DNA of 64,000 bases from an uncultured Eubacteriales bacterium (GTDB taxonomy: Bacteria > Actinomycetota > Coriobacteriia > Anaerosomatales > CAVRZR01), in NCBI GenBank assembly GCA_964354215.1, contig CAYGYT010000001.1, forward strand, positions 11,199 to 75,198, given 5' to 3'. Below are positions 1-7,911 of the stretch, piece after piece. Each line of letters begins with the position of its first letter. Position 1 is the stretch's first letter. A model generated the notes under the pieces. The model saw only the letters and a program-made list of their open reading frames with translations. It ran no database searches and was not told the origin of the DNA. Made by a program: the position numbers and the translations under genes.

Positions 1-479
1 GTCTCCGCAGCGGCAAGCTCAAGCGGCGCTGAGCAGACACGCCTCGCCAATTCGAGGTTCGGCTGAGAGCAGATGACTAACCCGGCGGGGATTGAGATGG
101 CGCCTGCTGCCGTTCGTCTAGCTTAGGCGTCCTGGGCGCATGTATGTCTCTGGTGGGCCATAGTTGACAACCTTCGAACCCCGTGACTGGACCGACTTCC
201 TCGGGCACCTGGGGTCCCGGTCTCGTTGACATGCGGCACGTGAGAACCGAGAATCTGCCCAACTCAAGAGTGTGAATGGGTCCGTGGCCGAGGGGTCGCG
301 GAGGTGTTCGGAATGGACGGTCGGGCCGCCGTCCAGAGTCAGGTGACTTCGGGTGGCGGTCTTCTAGTTCTCTGGAGGTACAAAGGGTCCCTACCGGCAG
401 ACGGGACCGAGGCAATCGCATAGTGGGTCCGGAGTGCCTCGTCACCGGAGGCGCCCCGGAGGTGATCGAAAGGCAGTCG

Positions 480-531
480 GGCCGCTGCCAGAGGTGTCGT
501 CAACACCTCTGGCAGCGGCCTTCCCCGTTTT
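480..531 (+). terminator. Rho-independent terminator or attenuator hairpin directly upstream of the RBS of ORF 549-971
   Basis: Perfect 18-bp stem (ggccgctgccagaggtgt / acacctctggcagcggcc), 5-nt loop cgtca, then ttccccgtttt. The RBS aaaggagaagg and ATG 549 follow immediately. Confidence 0.75.
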
Positions 532-548
532 GAAAGGAGAAGGTCTCG

Positions 549-971
549 ATGGGCATCTTCGACAAGCTGAGGGGTTCGTCCGCACTACCGCCTCTGGACG
601 TATCGAGCACTGCAGAGAGGCTAATAGAGCCATACGCTGGGCACTTGGCCGACCTGGCCGATCGTGCCGGTGCGCTTGAGATCGTCACGGCTGGAGCGAG
701 CCTCTACGTGTTCGTCGGCAAGCCGCCCAAGGCGTTTGGCCTCGTCTGGTATCACGACGGAGAGGAGCAGAACTCCAAGAAGGTCGCCGAGGAGCGCGGG
801 TTCGCGTACGCACAGCTTGAGCGGTTCACGAATGATCTGCGGGACGTGTACTCGAAGCATCAGGGGGAGCCGCGGTTCGCGCGCAAGGTCGGGCGGCATA
901 CAGCCACCGTAGTACCATCGGAGAGCTTCGGTGCGGACGTGGCCGCTACCGTCGAGTCCTACACGGGGTAG
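549..971 (+). CDS. Hypothetical protein (140 aa), no family recognised
   Basis: Strong RBS (AAAGGAGAAGG) 5-8 nt before the ATG and coding-like composition. N-terminus is MGIFDKLRG. Confidence 0.6.
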   Translation: MGIFDKLRGSSALPPLDVSSTAERLIEPYAGHLADLADRAGALEIVTAGASLYVFVGKPPKAFGLVWYHDGEEQNSKKVAEERGFAYAQLERFTNDLRDVYSKHQGEPRFARKVGRHTATVVPSESFGADVAATVESYTG

Positions 972-1311
972 AGAGCAGCGCCCGCGGACGGAACCGGCGG
1001 GCGCTCAGGCTTGCTGGTGGGCCACAGTTGATGTGAACCCATGAACTCGCGCTCACATGCTCGGCGACTCCGCGGTTCCACTCTCCGCTGCTGCCGTACT
1101 CGAATGGATGCGAGTCCGACGACACCAACGCTGGGCGAGCGTCTCGCGTGTACGGCGCTGCCGGGAACGCCGCCGACGCATCTTCCAAGTCACGACCCCG
1201 GAAGTGGCGCTGCCCTTAGGGTCAGCGACGCATTTCGCGAAGGGCGTGTTCATCGCGAAGCGATGGACACTCCATGAGCGACTGAGGAGCGACCCTCAAG
1301 GCAGCGCCCAC

Positions 1312-2694
1312 CTACGGCATCTTCGCTGGCTCGATGAACTTGGTGAAGCGCTCGTTGAACACGAGCGGCACGGAGCCGGTGGGTCCGTTGCGATGCTTGG
1401 CGATGATGAGCTCGGCCATGCCCTTCGCCGGCCTGCCATCCTGGTCCTCGGCGTGCGGGTCAGTGTTGCGGTCGATGAACATGACCACGTCGGCGTCCTG
1501 TTCGATCGATCCCGACTCGCGCAGGTCCGACAGCTGCGGCCGCTTGCCGGCTCGCTGTTCGACCGCGCGCGAGAGCTGCGAGAGCGCGAGCACGGGCGCG
1601 TTCAGTTCCTTCGCGAGAATCTTGAGTCCCCGGCTGATCTCTCCGATCTCGACTGTGCGGTTTTGCTCGGACCGGCGGGCCTGTGGCTGCATGAGCTGCA
1701 GGTAGTCGACGATGACCAGGCCCCGTTGCTTGCCCCGCAGCTGCCGGCGTGCCTTGGTCCGAACCTCGAAGATCGAGATGGAGGGCGTGTCGTCGACCCA
1801 GAAGTCGAGTTCCGCGAGGCGGCCCATCGCTTGATGAATCGAGCCCCAGTCCTGCTCTTTGATGTATCCGGTACGCACGTCCTGCAGGTTGATGCGCGCC
1901 TCGGAGCAGAGCACGCGCTGTACGAGCTGCTCAGCAGACATCTCGAGGCTGAACAGGGCCACCGAGGTGCCCTTCTTTGCGGCGTTCACCGCCATGTTGA
2001 GCGCGAGCGAGGTCTTTCCGACGCTCGGACGTGCCGCGAGAATCGCGAGATCGCCCGCGTGGAGCCCCGCCAGGATCTTGTCCAGGTCCTTGAAGCCCGT
2101 GGGCACGCCAGTGACGTGCTCCTTGCGCTCGAAGAGCTCCTCGAGTTGGTGGAAGCCGATCTGCAGGAGCTCCTCCATCGGGCGGAAGTTGCTCTCCACC
2201 CGCTTGCTCGTGACCTCGAAGATCAGCCGCTCGGAATCCTCGATGACCGCATCGATATCGTCAGGCGCATCGAAGCCCATCGTCACGATCTGTGTCGCCG
2301 CACCGATAAGCTGGCGAAGCATCGCGGTGCGCTTGACAATCTGCGCATACCTCGACGCATTCGCGGCGGTAGGCACGACCTGCGTGATATCGAGCAGGTA
2401 CGGCTTGCCGCCAGCCTGATCGAGTTCTCCGGCGGTCTCGAGCCGATCGGCGACGCTCACGTGGTCGATGGGTACCCCGCGCGTGTACAGCTGCTCCATC
2501 GCCGAGAAGATGCGCGCGTGGGCGGGCCGGTAGAAGTCATGACCGTTCACGACGCTGAGGGCCTGTTCGACCGCCTCGGAGGACAGGAACATCGAGCCGA
2601 GCAGCGCTTGCTCGGCTTCGAGGTTGTGCGGCGGCACGCGTTCGGCCGACGAGACCGCGCGGAGACGCGGTTCCCGCAGGACTGCTTCGCTCAT
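1312..2694 (-). CDS. dnaB: Replicative DNA helicase DnaB
   Basis: N-terminal PPHNLEAEQALLGS motif, Walker A ARPSVGKTS, RSEQNRTVEIGEISRGLK and IAKHRNGPTG. Start moved to ATG 2694 (MSEAVLREP), because the longer ORF prefix looks non-coding. Confidence 0.93.
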   Translation of the reverse strand: MSEAVLREPRLRAVSSAERVPPHNLEAEQALLGSMFLSSEAVEQALSVVNGHDFYRPAHARIFSAMEQLYTRGVPIDHVSVADRLETAGELDQAGGKPYLLDITQVVPTAANASRYAQIVKRTAMLRQLIGAATQIVTMGFDAPDDIDAVIEDSERLIFEVTSKRVESNFRPMEELLQIGFHQLEELFERKEHVTGVPTGFKDLDKILAGLHAGDLAILAARPSVGKTSLALNMAVNAAKKGTSVALFSLEMSAEQLVQRVLCSEARINLQDVRTGYIKEQDWGSIHQAMGRLAELDFWVDDTPSISIFEVRTKARRQLRGKQRGLVIVDYLQLMQPQARRSEQNRTVEIGEISRGLKILAKELNAPVLALSQLSRAVEQRAGKRPQLSDLRESGSIEQDADVVMFIDRNTDPHAEDQDGRPAKGMAELIIAKHRNGPTGSVPLVFNERFTKFIEPAKMP

Positions 2695-2912
2695 CTGACG
2701 ACCCCTCCACGGGCCGGTTGCCGCGCGCCAGCTGCGCGCGTCCGGCTCTGGCCGGAGTCTAGAGGAGGGGTCTGACACGGACAACGCGCGGACACGCGAT
2801 ATCCACAGCCTCGGGTGCGCGCCCACCTGCGGTTTGCGCACTCTCCACAGATTCGCGCTGAATCGCCACTCGCTGCGGAGAAAGGCATCCGTGTGCTTGG
2901 TCCGAACGCTAA

Positions 2913-2939
2913 GACGCCACGCGATGAGGGCGTGGCGTC
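2913..2939 (-). terminator. Terminator-like hairpin downstream of rplI
   Basis: 10-bp stem gacgccacgc / gcgtggcgtc with a 7-nt loop, 30 nt after the rplI stop. On the minus strand it is followed by ttagcgttcgg. Confidence 0.5.
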
Positions 2940-2968
2940 CGCTGGGCTTGGTGAGGCGCTAGGCGCGG

Positions 2969-3595
2969 CTACTCCTGGGGGAAGTCCTCAGCAAGTGCCT
3001 CGGCGATGTCGTCCTCGGACTCGAGGGCCTGGTCGCCCTCGAAGGTGTCCTCGGCGGTGTCGCCCTCGGGCGCTTCGGCGGCCGCCTCGGCGACAACTTC
3101 TACGACCTCGGTCGGCTTGCCGGCGTCCACGAACGCGTCGGGCGCCGCGCCTTCGGGAACCACGTTCACCGTCAGCTGAGCCTTGACGTCACGGTAGACC
3201 GCGATCTCGACGACGTGCACGCCGAGCTCCTTGATGTGGCCATGCGTTTCGATCTTACGACGATCGATCTCGACACCGAGCTGTTCGCGCACGGCGTCCT
3301 CGATCATCTGAGAGGTGATCGAGCCGTAGAGGCGGCCTTCTTCGCCAACCTTCGCCTCGATGCCGACGCTCTTGCCCTCGAGCAACGAAGCGACGCCGCT
3401 GGCGTCGGCGAGACGCGCCTCATCGCGCTTGCGGACGTTGTGCATCCGCGCCTCAAGCTGCTTCAGATTGCCGGACGTCGCCTCGATGGCAACGTTTCGC
3501 GGCAACAGGTAGTTGACCGCGAACCCGCGCGCGACGTCGATGACGTCACCCTCGGCTCCTCGGCCTTTGAGTTCCTGCAACAGGATGACCTTCAT
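2969..3595 (-). CDS. rplI: 50S ribosomal protein L9 with acidic C-terminal extension
   Basis: MKVILLQELKGRGAEGDVIDVARGFAVNYLLPRN is a classic L9 N-terminus, and the gene sits in rpsF-ssb-rpsR...rplI-dnaB synteny. Confidence 0.93.
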   Translation of the reverse strand: MKVILLQELKGRGAEGDVIDVARGFAVNYLLPRNVAIEATSGNLKQLEARMHNVRKRDEARLADASGVASLLEGKSVGIEAKVGEEGRLYGSITSQMIEDAVREQLGVEIDRRKIETHGHIKELGVHVVEIAVYRDVKAQLTVNVVPEGAAPDAFVDAGKPTEVVEVVAEAAAEAPEGDTAEDTFEGDQALESEDDIAEALAEDFPQE

Positions 3596-3648
3596 GAATG
3601 CTCCTCGTTCGTTCGCGGGGCACGGCGCCCCACGACAGTGCCACTTCT

Positions 3649-4608
3649 CTAGATACTGCTCGGCGGTTCCTCAAGACGGGCGGGTGCACCCGATCCGTCC
3701 CGCGGGAGGCGCCGGAAGTTCGCCCAGAAATCGAGCATGCCGATCAGACTCACGATCAGAAGTACCTGGTCGAGCACCCACAGGACGATGTAGAGCGCGA
3801 CCATCTTGCCATAGCCGGTCCTCGGCACGTCGAACACCGCCGAGAAGACCGCAATACCTTGCAGGAAGAACAGCGTGCGAGCAACGAACAACGCGTTGAA
3901 TCCCACGACTCGGGCGAGTTGCGCGCTCGATCCAAAGAGCGGTGCTGTCGCCAGCAGGACCAGGCCCACCACGAGCGCCCACAAGACGTGCACGCTGAGG
4001 TCCAGGTCCCGGTTCGCCGGCACCTCAACCACGATCCCGCTTCGTCGTGCAGCCCATGCGATGGCGGCGATGACGAAGACCGCAGCGAAGAGCGCGGTCT
4101 GCACGTAGAACGACGGCCACAACATGACGAGTGCCGAGCGCGCTGCAGCGAGCTGCTCGGTCCATGCGGACGCGCTGGAACCCAACGCCTGCTTCAGACC
4201 CTCGCTCACGATGATGGCTTGGGCTCGCACCGCCTGCATGAGCGACTGTCCGAGAGAGCGGGCGGCCAGTATGTCCACAGCCGCCGCTCCACCGGCGATC
4301 GCACCGGTCAAGAGGAGTGCGACGAGCTGAGCAGACCGCCGCGGCAGAAGCCACACGGCCAGCAGAATCGCCGCGGCGGCGGGAGCCACGAATGCCACGG
4401 ACACCGGCAGTACCGACGCGGCCGCGGCGACACCGACGGCCGCCGCGAGAACGCTGACTGCGACCCGACCTCGGAAGGCAAGGCCCGCTGCCGCGGCAGC
4501 CGTCACCGGCAACCCCACGAGCGGGAGCTGCGATGATACGACCACACCGGCGGCACAGGCTGTGCCCAGCAACACCATGTCACGCACACCTGCGATCTGA
4601 TCGGACAA
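3649..4608 (-). CDS. Polytopic membrane protein, DUF2232 (YybS)-like by position and topology
   Basis: Multiple hydrophobic helices, located between rpsR and rplI as yybS is in Firmicutes. Start uncertain (TTG 4608, GTG 4587 or ATG 4578). Confidence 0.6.
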   Translation of the reverse strand: MSDQIAGVRDMVLLGTACAAGVVVSSQLPLVGLPVTAAAAAGLAFRGRVAVSVLAAAVGVAAAASVLPVSVAFVAPAAAAILLAVWLLPRRSAQLVALLLTGAIAGGAAAVDILAARSLGQSLMQAVRAQAIIVSEGLKQALGSSASAWTEQLAAARSALVMLWPSFYVQTALFAAVFVIAAIAWAARRSGIVVEVPANRDLDLSVHVLWALVVGLVLLATAPLFGSSAQLARVVGFNALFVARTLFFLQGIAVFSAVFDVPRTGYGKMVALYIVLWVLDQVLLIVSLIGMLDFWANFRRLPRDGSGAPARLEEPPSSI

Positions 4609-4616
4609 GAGCTGAC

Positions 4617-4877
4617 TTACCTGCGACGACCGTCGACGCGGCCGCTCACGACCGGGACGGTGTAGGGGACGAGCGCCATCTCGCGAGCACGCTTCACGGC
4701 CATGGAAAGCTGGTGCTGGTGCTGCGCGCAGTTGCCGGAGACGCGACGCGGCTTGATCTTGCCACGGTCAGTCATGTACTTGCGCAGCATCTGCGCGTCC
4801 TTGTAGTCGATGAACTCCGAGTGATCCTTGCAGAACTGGCAGTACTTGCGCCTCGGCTTGCGGGCGTAGTCGGACAT
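4617..4877 (-). CDS. rpsR: 30S ribosomal protein S18
   Basis: [17 protein letters not shown]...[18 protein letters not shown], with RBS GGAGGTAAG upstream. Confidence 0.95.
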   Translation of the reverse strand: MSDYARKPRRKYCQFCKDHSEFIDYKDAQMLRKYMTDRGKIKPRRVSGNCAQHQHQLSMAVKRAREMALVPYTVPVVSGRVDGRRR

Positions 4878-4958
4878 CTGGCTTACCTCCTTCCGCGGGA
4901 TACGCGGTGTGATGTGGCGCGGACGGCGGGAGGGTACCGCCGCCCACCTGGGTTGGTT

Positions 4959-5360
4959 CTAGAACGGAATCTCGTCGCCGACCGTGTCGGCGGGCGCCGA
5001 TTCGGGAGCCGCATAGGACGCGGAGCCTTCCTTCGATGTCAGGAACTCGATCTCATCGGCTACGATGTCAACCTTCGAACGCTTGTCGCCCTGCGGCGTT
5101 TCCCACTGGTGCCAGCGGAGTCGCCCTTCGATCGCGACCTTCGAGCCCTTGCTGAGGAACCGCGAAAGGGCGTCAGCGCGCGCTCCGAAGATGCTGACGT
5201 CGAAGAAGTTCGGGACGTCTTCCCACTGGCCGGTCTCCTGGTTCTTGCGGCGGTCGTTGACCGCAACGCCGAGGGCGAGAACGGACGTGCCGCTCGGAAG
5301 CGCTCGGAGTTCCGGATCGCGGGTCAGATTGCCGCTTATGACAACTCGATTGATGCTCAT
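4959..5360 (-). CDS. ssb: Single-stranded DNA-binding protein
   Basis: MSINRVVISGNLTRDPELR... OB fold and acidic C-terminal tail ending DEIPF. Start set at ATG 5360 with GAAGGTGG upstream. Confidence 0.93.
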   Translation of the reverse strand: MSINRVVISGNLTRDPELRALPSGTSVLALGVAVNDRRKNQETGQWEDVPNFFDVSIFGARADALSRFLSKGSKVAIEGRLRWHQWETPQGDKRSKVDIVADEIEFLTSKEGSASYAAPESAPADTVGDEIPF

Positions 5361-5421
5361 GTACCCACCTTCATTCGTCACGGACCAACGTCACGGCATG
5401 GCGCATCCGTGTCGCCTCGTG

Positions 5422-5715
5422 CTATTCGCGATCCTCGCGGTGCACGAGCATGTAGCGCACAACGCCGTCGGTGATGTGCAGCACGCGGTCCAACTCGGCG
5501 ATGGAGGCAGGAGCGGAGTGGAAGTCGACGAGGGTGTAGTCCCCCTCGGTGAGCTTGTCGATCTCGAAGGCAAGCTTGCGCTTGCCCCAGGGCTCGACAG
5601 TGTCCACGACGCCCCCGTCGGCGGTGATCACGCCCTGGATCTTGTCCAGGACGCCCGCGTTCGCCTCCTCGTCGAGGGAGGGGTTCAACAGGAGCAGAAG
5701 CTCATAGGCCTTCAT
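5422..5715 (-). CDS. rpsF: 30S ribosomal protein S6
   Basis: MKAYELLLLLNPSLDEE... with RBS AAAGGAGGTGA. Confidence 0.95.
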   Translation of the reverse strand: MKAYELLLLLNPSLDEEANAGVLDKIQGVITADGGVVDTVEPWGKRKLAFEIDKLTEGDYTLVDFHSAPASIAELDRVLHITDGVVRYMLVHREDRE

Positions 5716-5795
5716 TGTTCACCTCCTTTGGACTAGACGGCCCCGGGACCCTGAAGGCGAAATGCCCGGAGCAGGAAATGAGCCTGCGCAGTGTA

Positions 5796-7043
5796 TCATC
5801 GGCCTGCCGCTGCCGCAACATCGCTCCCCACAGGCGCGACACAACAGCCAGGCTCTTCGTCGGATTCTTGCCGCCGCCACAGCGGCCAGAGCGCCCCCGC
5901 AGCCGTCAGCATGCCCGCCAAGGCGACAAGCCACGCGCGGCCGAGCCGCGAGAGCGCGACGCGGACCTCCGGGAGGCTCCTGCGTGCCGCCGCCGCGAGC
6001 AGATCTGTCGCCCCCGAGGCAGCACTCGCCGGCGCAGGAGCGGCCCGAACGACCCCGCTTCCCTGCTGCTGCCGCAGCCGCACGGCGCTGGTGCCCACGG
6101 CTCGCTGCGCTGGCGCAACGAGCCCTTCCATAGCCACGGCAGCCGCTGTGAGGGGCACATCTGCAGCGGAAGCGCGCACACGCGCTCCCACCGAGGACGC
6201 GCCCCCGGCTCGTGCGGCGGACATCGAGCTTGATCCAAGGTCCAGCGACCTGAACGCGAACGGAATGGGTTGAACCGGGGCTACCGGGTCTGAACCTGAC
6301 GCGTCGGGCTCGAGGCGAGCAGACTCAGCGGTCGGCTCCACGGTCACGCGCTCGAGAGGCGACGTCTCCGCGACGTGCGCCCGGGGGGCCGGATCCGGAG
6401 CTGGGTCCGAGGCCGGTTCCAGCGGCGTGGCTGCGGCGGTCGCGGCTGGAACGTCGGCCGAGGGTGCAGTGCGCGGCTCGCTCGCCCGGGCGGGCTCGAC
6501 CTGCGGCTCCGGCCGACTCGGGGACACGGGTGGAGCAACGAAGGCGCAGGGATCGAGATAGAGATCTCCCCGCCGTGCACCCAGGTGCAGGTGGATTCGC
6601 GATGAGGAGGCGTCTCCTGCGCCCGCCACCTGGGCAATCGAGGACCCGGACTCCACCCGCTCGCCTGAAACGACGCGAGCTGCCTCGAGCGGCATCAGCG
6701 TGAACCTGACGCCATCGGCGCGCTCGATCGTCACCGCGAGCTGGGTGCCCGAGACTCCTGTTGCTGGAACCCTCCCCACGAAACGCACCACGCCGGAACA
6801 GGGCGCGAGCACCAGATCCCCCTGCTGGGCCGCCAAGTCCACTCCCCGGTGTGTGGCGCCAGTGCCGTCCGCACCCGTGTAGGACGTTCCGAACGCCGTG
6901 ATCACCTCGGCGGCCGACGACAGCGGCCACCCCAACGATTCCGCCCGCGCAGCCTCCCCGCCCGACAGTGCCATGGCCGCGAACAGGGCGAGTCCGAGCA
7001 GGCTCAGCCGACGTGCAGCGGTGTAGCGTTCTGCGATGTACAT
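5796..7043 (-). CDS. M23 (LytM-type) peptidase with signal sequence and long Ala/Pro/Ser-rich C-terminal region ending in a hydrophobic helix
   Basis: HRGVDLAA...GDLVLAPCSGVVRFVG...IHLHLGARRGDLYLDP motifs. Start set at MYIAERY... (7043), which precedes the signal-like LSLLGLALFAAMALSG. Confidence 0.85.
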   Translation of the reverse strand: MYIAERYTAARRLSLLGLALFAAMALSGGEAARAESLGWPLSSAAEVITAFGTSYTGADGTGATHRGVDLAAQQGDLVLAPCSGVVRFVGRVPATGVSGTQLAVTIERADGVRFTLMPLEAARVVSGERVESGSSIAQVAGAGDASSSRIHLHLGARRGDLYLDPCAFVAPPVSPSRPEPQVEPARASEPRTAPSADVPAATAAATPLEPASDPAPDPAPRAHVAETSPLERVTVEPTAESARLEPDASGSDPVAPVQPIPFAFRSLDLGSSSMSAARAGGASSVGARVRASAADVPLTAAAVAMEGLVAPAQRAVGTSAVRLRQQQGSGVVRAAPAPASAASGATDLLAAAARRSLPEVRVALSRLGRAWLVALAGMLTAAGALWPLWRRQESDEEPGCCVAPVGSDVAAAAGR

Positions 7044-7160
7044 GAGGCACCCGTCTTCCCAGCGGTGAGCACCGGGAGACGAGGGGCCTCTACGAACACA
7101 TGTTCGCCCTACCGGGGGGGATTCCTGCAAACGTCTTCACACGGATTCTGGAGGGACCAC

Positions 7161-7187
7161 GAACGAGAAAGGCCGCCATTGGCGGCC
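7161..7187 (-). terminator. Rho-independent terminator after tRNA-Gly
   Basis: ggccgcc-att-ggcggcc hairpin, followed on the minus strand by tttctcgttc. Confidence 0.65.
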
Positions 7188-7199
7188 CGGATCTGACGC

Positions 7200-7275
7200 T
7201 GGAGCGGGCGACGGGTCTCGAACCCGCGACCTAAAGCTTGGGAAGCTTTCGCTCTACCAACTGAGCTACGCCCGC
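7200..7275 (-). tRNA. tRNA-Gly (anticodon CCC), CCA encoded
   Basis: The reverse complement gcgggcgtagctcagttggtagagcgaaagcttcccaagctttaggtcgcgggttcgagacccgtcgcccgctcca folds as a cloverleaf. Anticodon loop is ttCCCaa and the T-loop is ttcgaga. Confidence 0.92.
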
Positions 7276-7311
7276 TTGCTCGCACGCCTCGCGTGCGCGG
7301 AACAGTCTACA

Positions 7312-7911
7312 TTAGGCTCGCTGACGCGTCACGGCGCCACGGGCGAGCGTCCTGGTCGACCGGCGCTCGACTTGCCAGAGTATGAGCGCGAGCAGGGACA
7401 CGACGATCGCCAGTGCTACCTTCCAGACGCGCACTTGGTCGATAGCGCGTCGGCCGGGGATGATGCGCTGGAGTGTGGTCGCGTGTATGTCCATGTCGCC
7501 GCCATGCTGCGCGCACGCTGCGTTGAAGGTCCCGCGCACCTCGACGACTTCGCCTTCGTGTTTGTAGTCGCCGTACGTGGCGATCTCGTTGGTGAGATCC
7601 GCAGGCAGCCACACGGGCATGCCCGTGTTGAAGCCGTGAAGGCCAGAGCCCTCTTCGACGTTCTTGAGGTAGTAGCCGTCGTCGTTGAGGTGAATCCACG
7701 CCTTGTCCCCGCGCACCATGCGCTGGGCGATCGCTTCGCCGCGGAAGGTCACCGTCTTGCCGTCCCAGAGCTTGGGCTGCTCGATGAGCTCGGTGCTTGA
7801 CGGCTTGTTGGGGCTTGGGGGAGCGTCTTCGGCCAGGGCCACGGTCGGCACCATAAGCATGCCACCCAGAAAAAGGGCAGCGAGAGCGAGACGGAGGCGG
7901 CGGGTATTCAC
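7312..7911 (-). CDS. Exported protein with N-terminal signal and C-terminal membrane anchor, last gene of the trk operon
   Basis: GTG 7911 overlaps the trkH stop (TAGTG) with GAGGGGG 5 nt upstream. Signal-like RRLRLALAALFLGGMLMVPTVALA and C-terminal VWKVALAIVVSLLALILW. Confidence 0.65.
   Translation of the reverse strand: MNTRRLRLALAALFLGGMLMVPTVALAEDAPPSPNKPSSTELIEQPKLWDGKTVTFRGEAIAQRMVRGDKAWIHLNDDGYYLKNVEEGSGLHGFNTGMPVWLPADLTNEIATYGDYKHEGEVVEVRGTFNAACAQHGGDMDIHATTLQRIIPGRRAIDQVRVWKVALAIVVSLLALILWQVERRSTRTLARGAVTRQRA

Noticed and set aside
304-316. Minus-strand CCATTCCGAACAC resembling the conserved 5S rRNA loop segment
   Set aside because: The flanking sequence lacks the rest of the 5S helices (no GAAGTTAAGC-type continuation, wrong length context). 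It is an isolated 13-mer match.
150-470. Possible tmRNA on the minus strand (GGCCCACCA 3' end at 152-160, GGGGTTCGAAGG nearby, GGGGCGCC near 455)
   Set aside because: The TTCGAA segment cannot form a T-arm. The putative 5' GGGG end does not pair with the 3' acceptor strand and there is no G:U at position 3:70. No tag frame ending in ..LAA/..AA-stop was found, and the strong terminator is on the plus strand.
77-688. Cluster of overlapping 60-120-aa ORFs on both strands at the window start
   Set aside because: They are mutually overlapping and Arg/Pro/Gly-rich, with no RBS. The region is better explained as structured non-coding RNA or a leader.
1057-2775. 572-aa ORF antisense to dnaB. Similar antisense ORFs occur at 3598-4536, 12039-13319, 38380-40176, 40780-41985, 45836-46849 and 61964-63736.
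   Set aside because: Each mirrors a confidently identified gene on the opposite strand and shows no family motifs. These are shadow ORFs.
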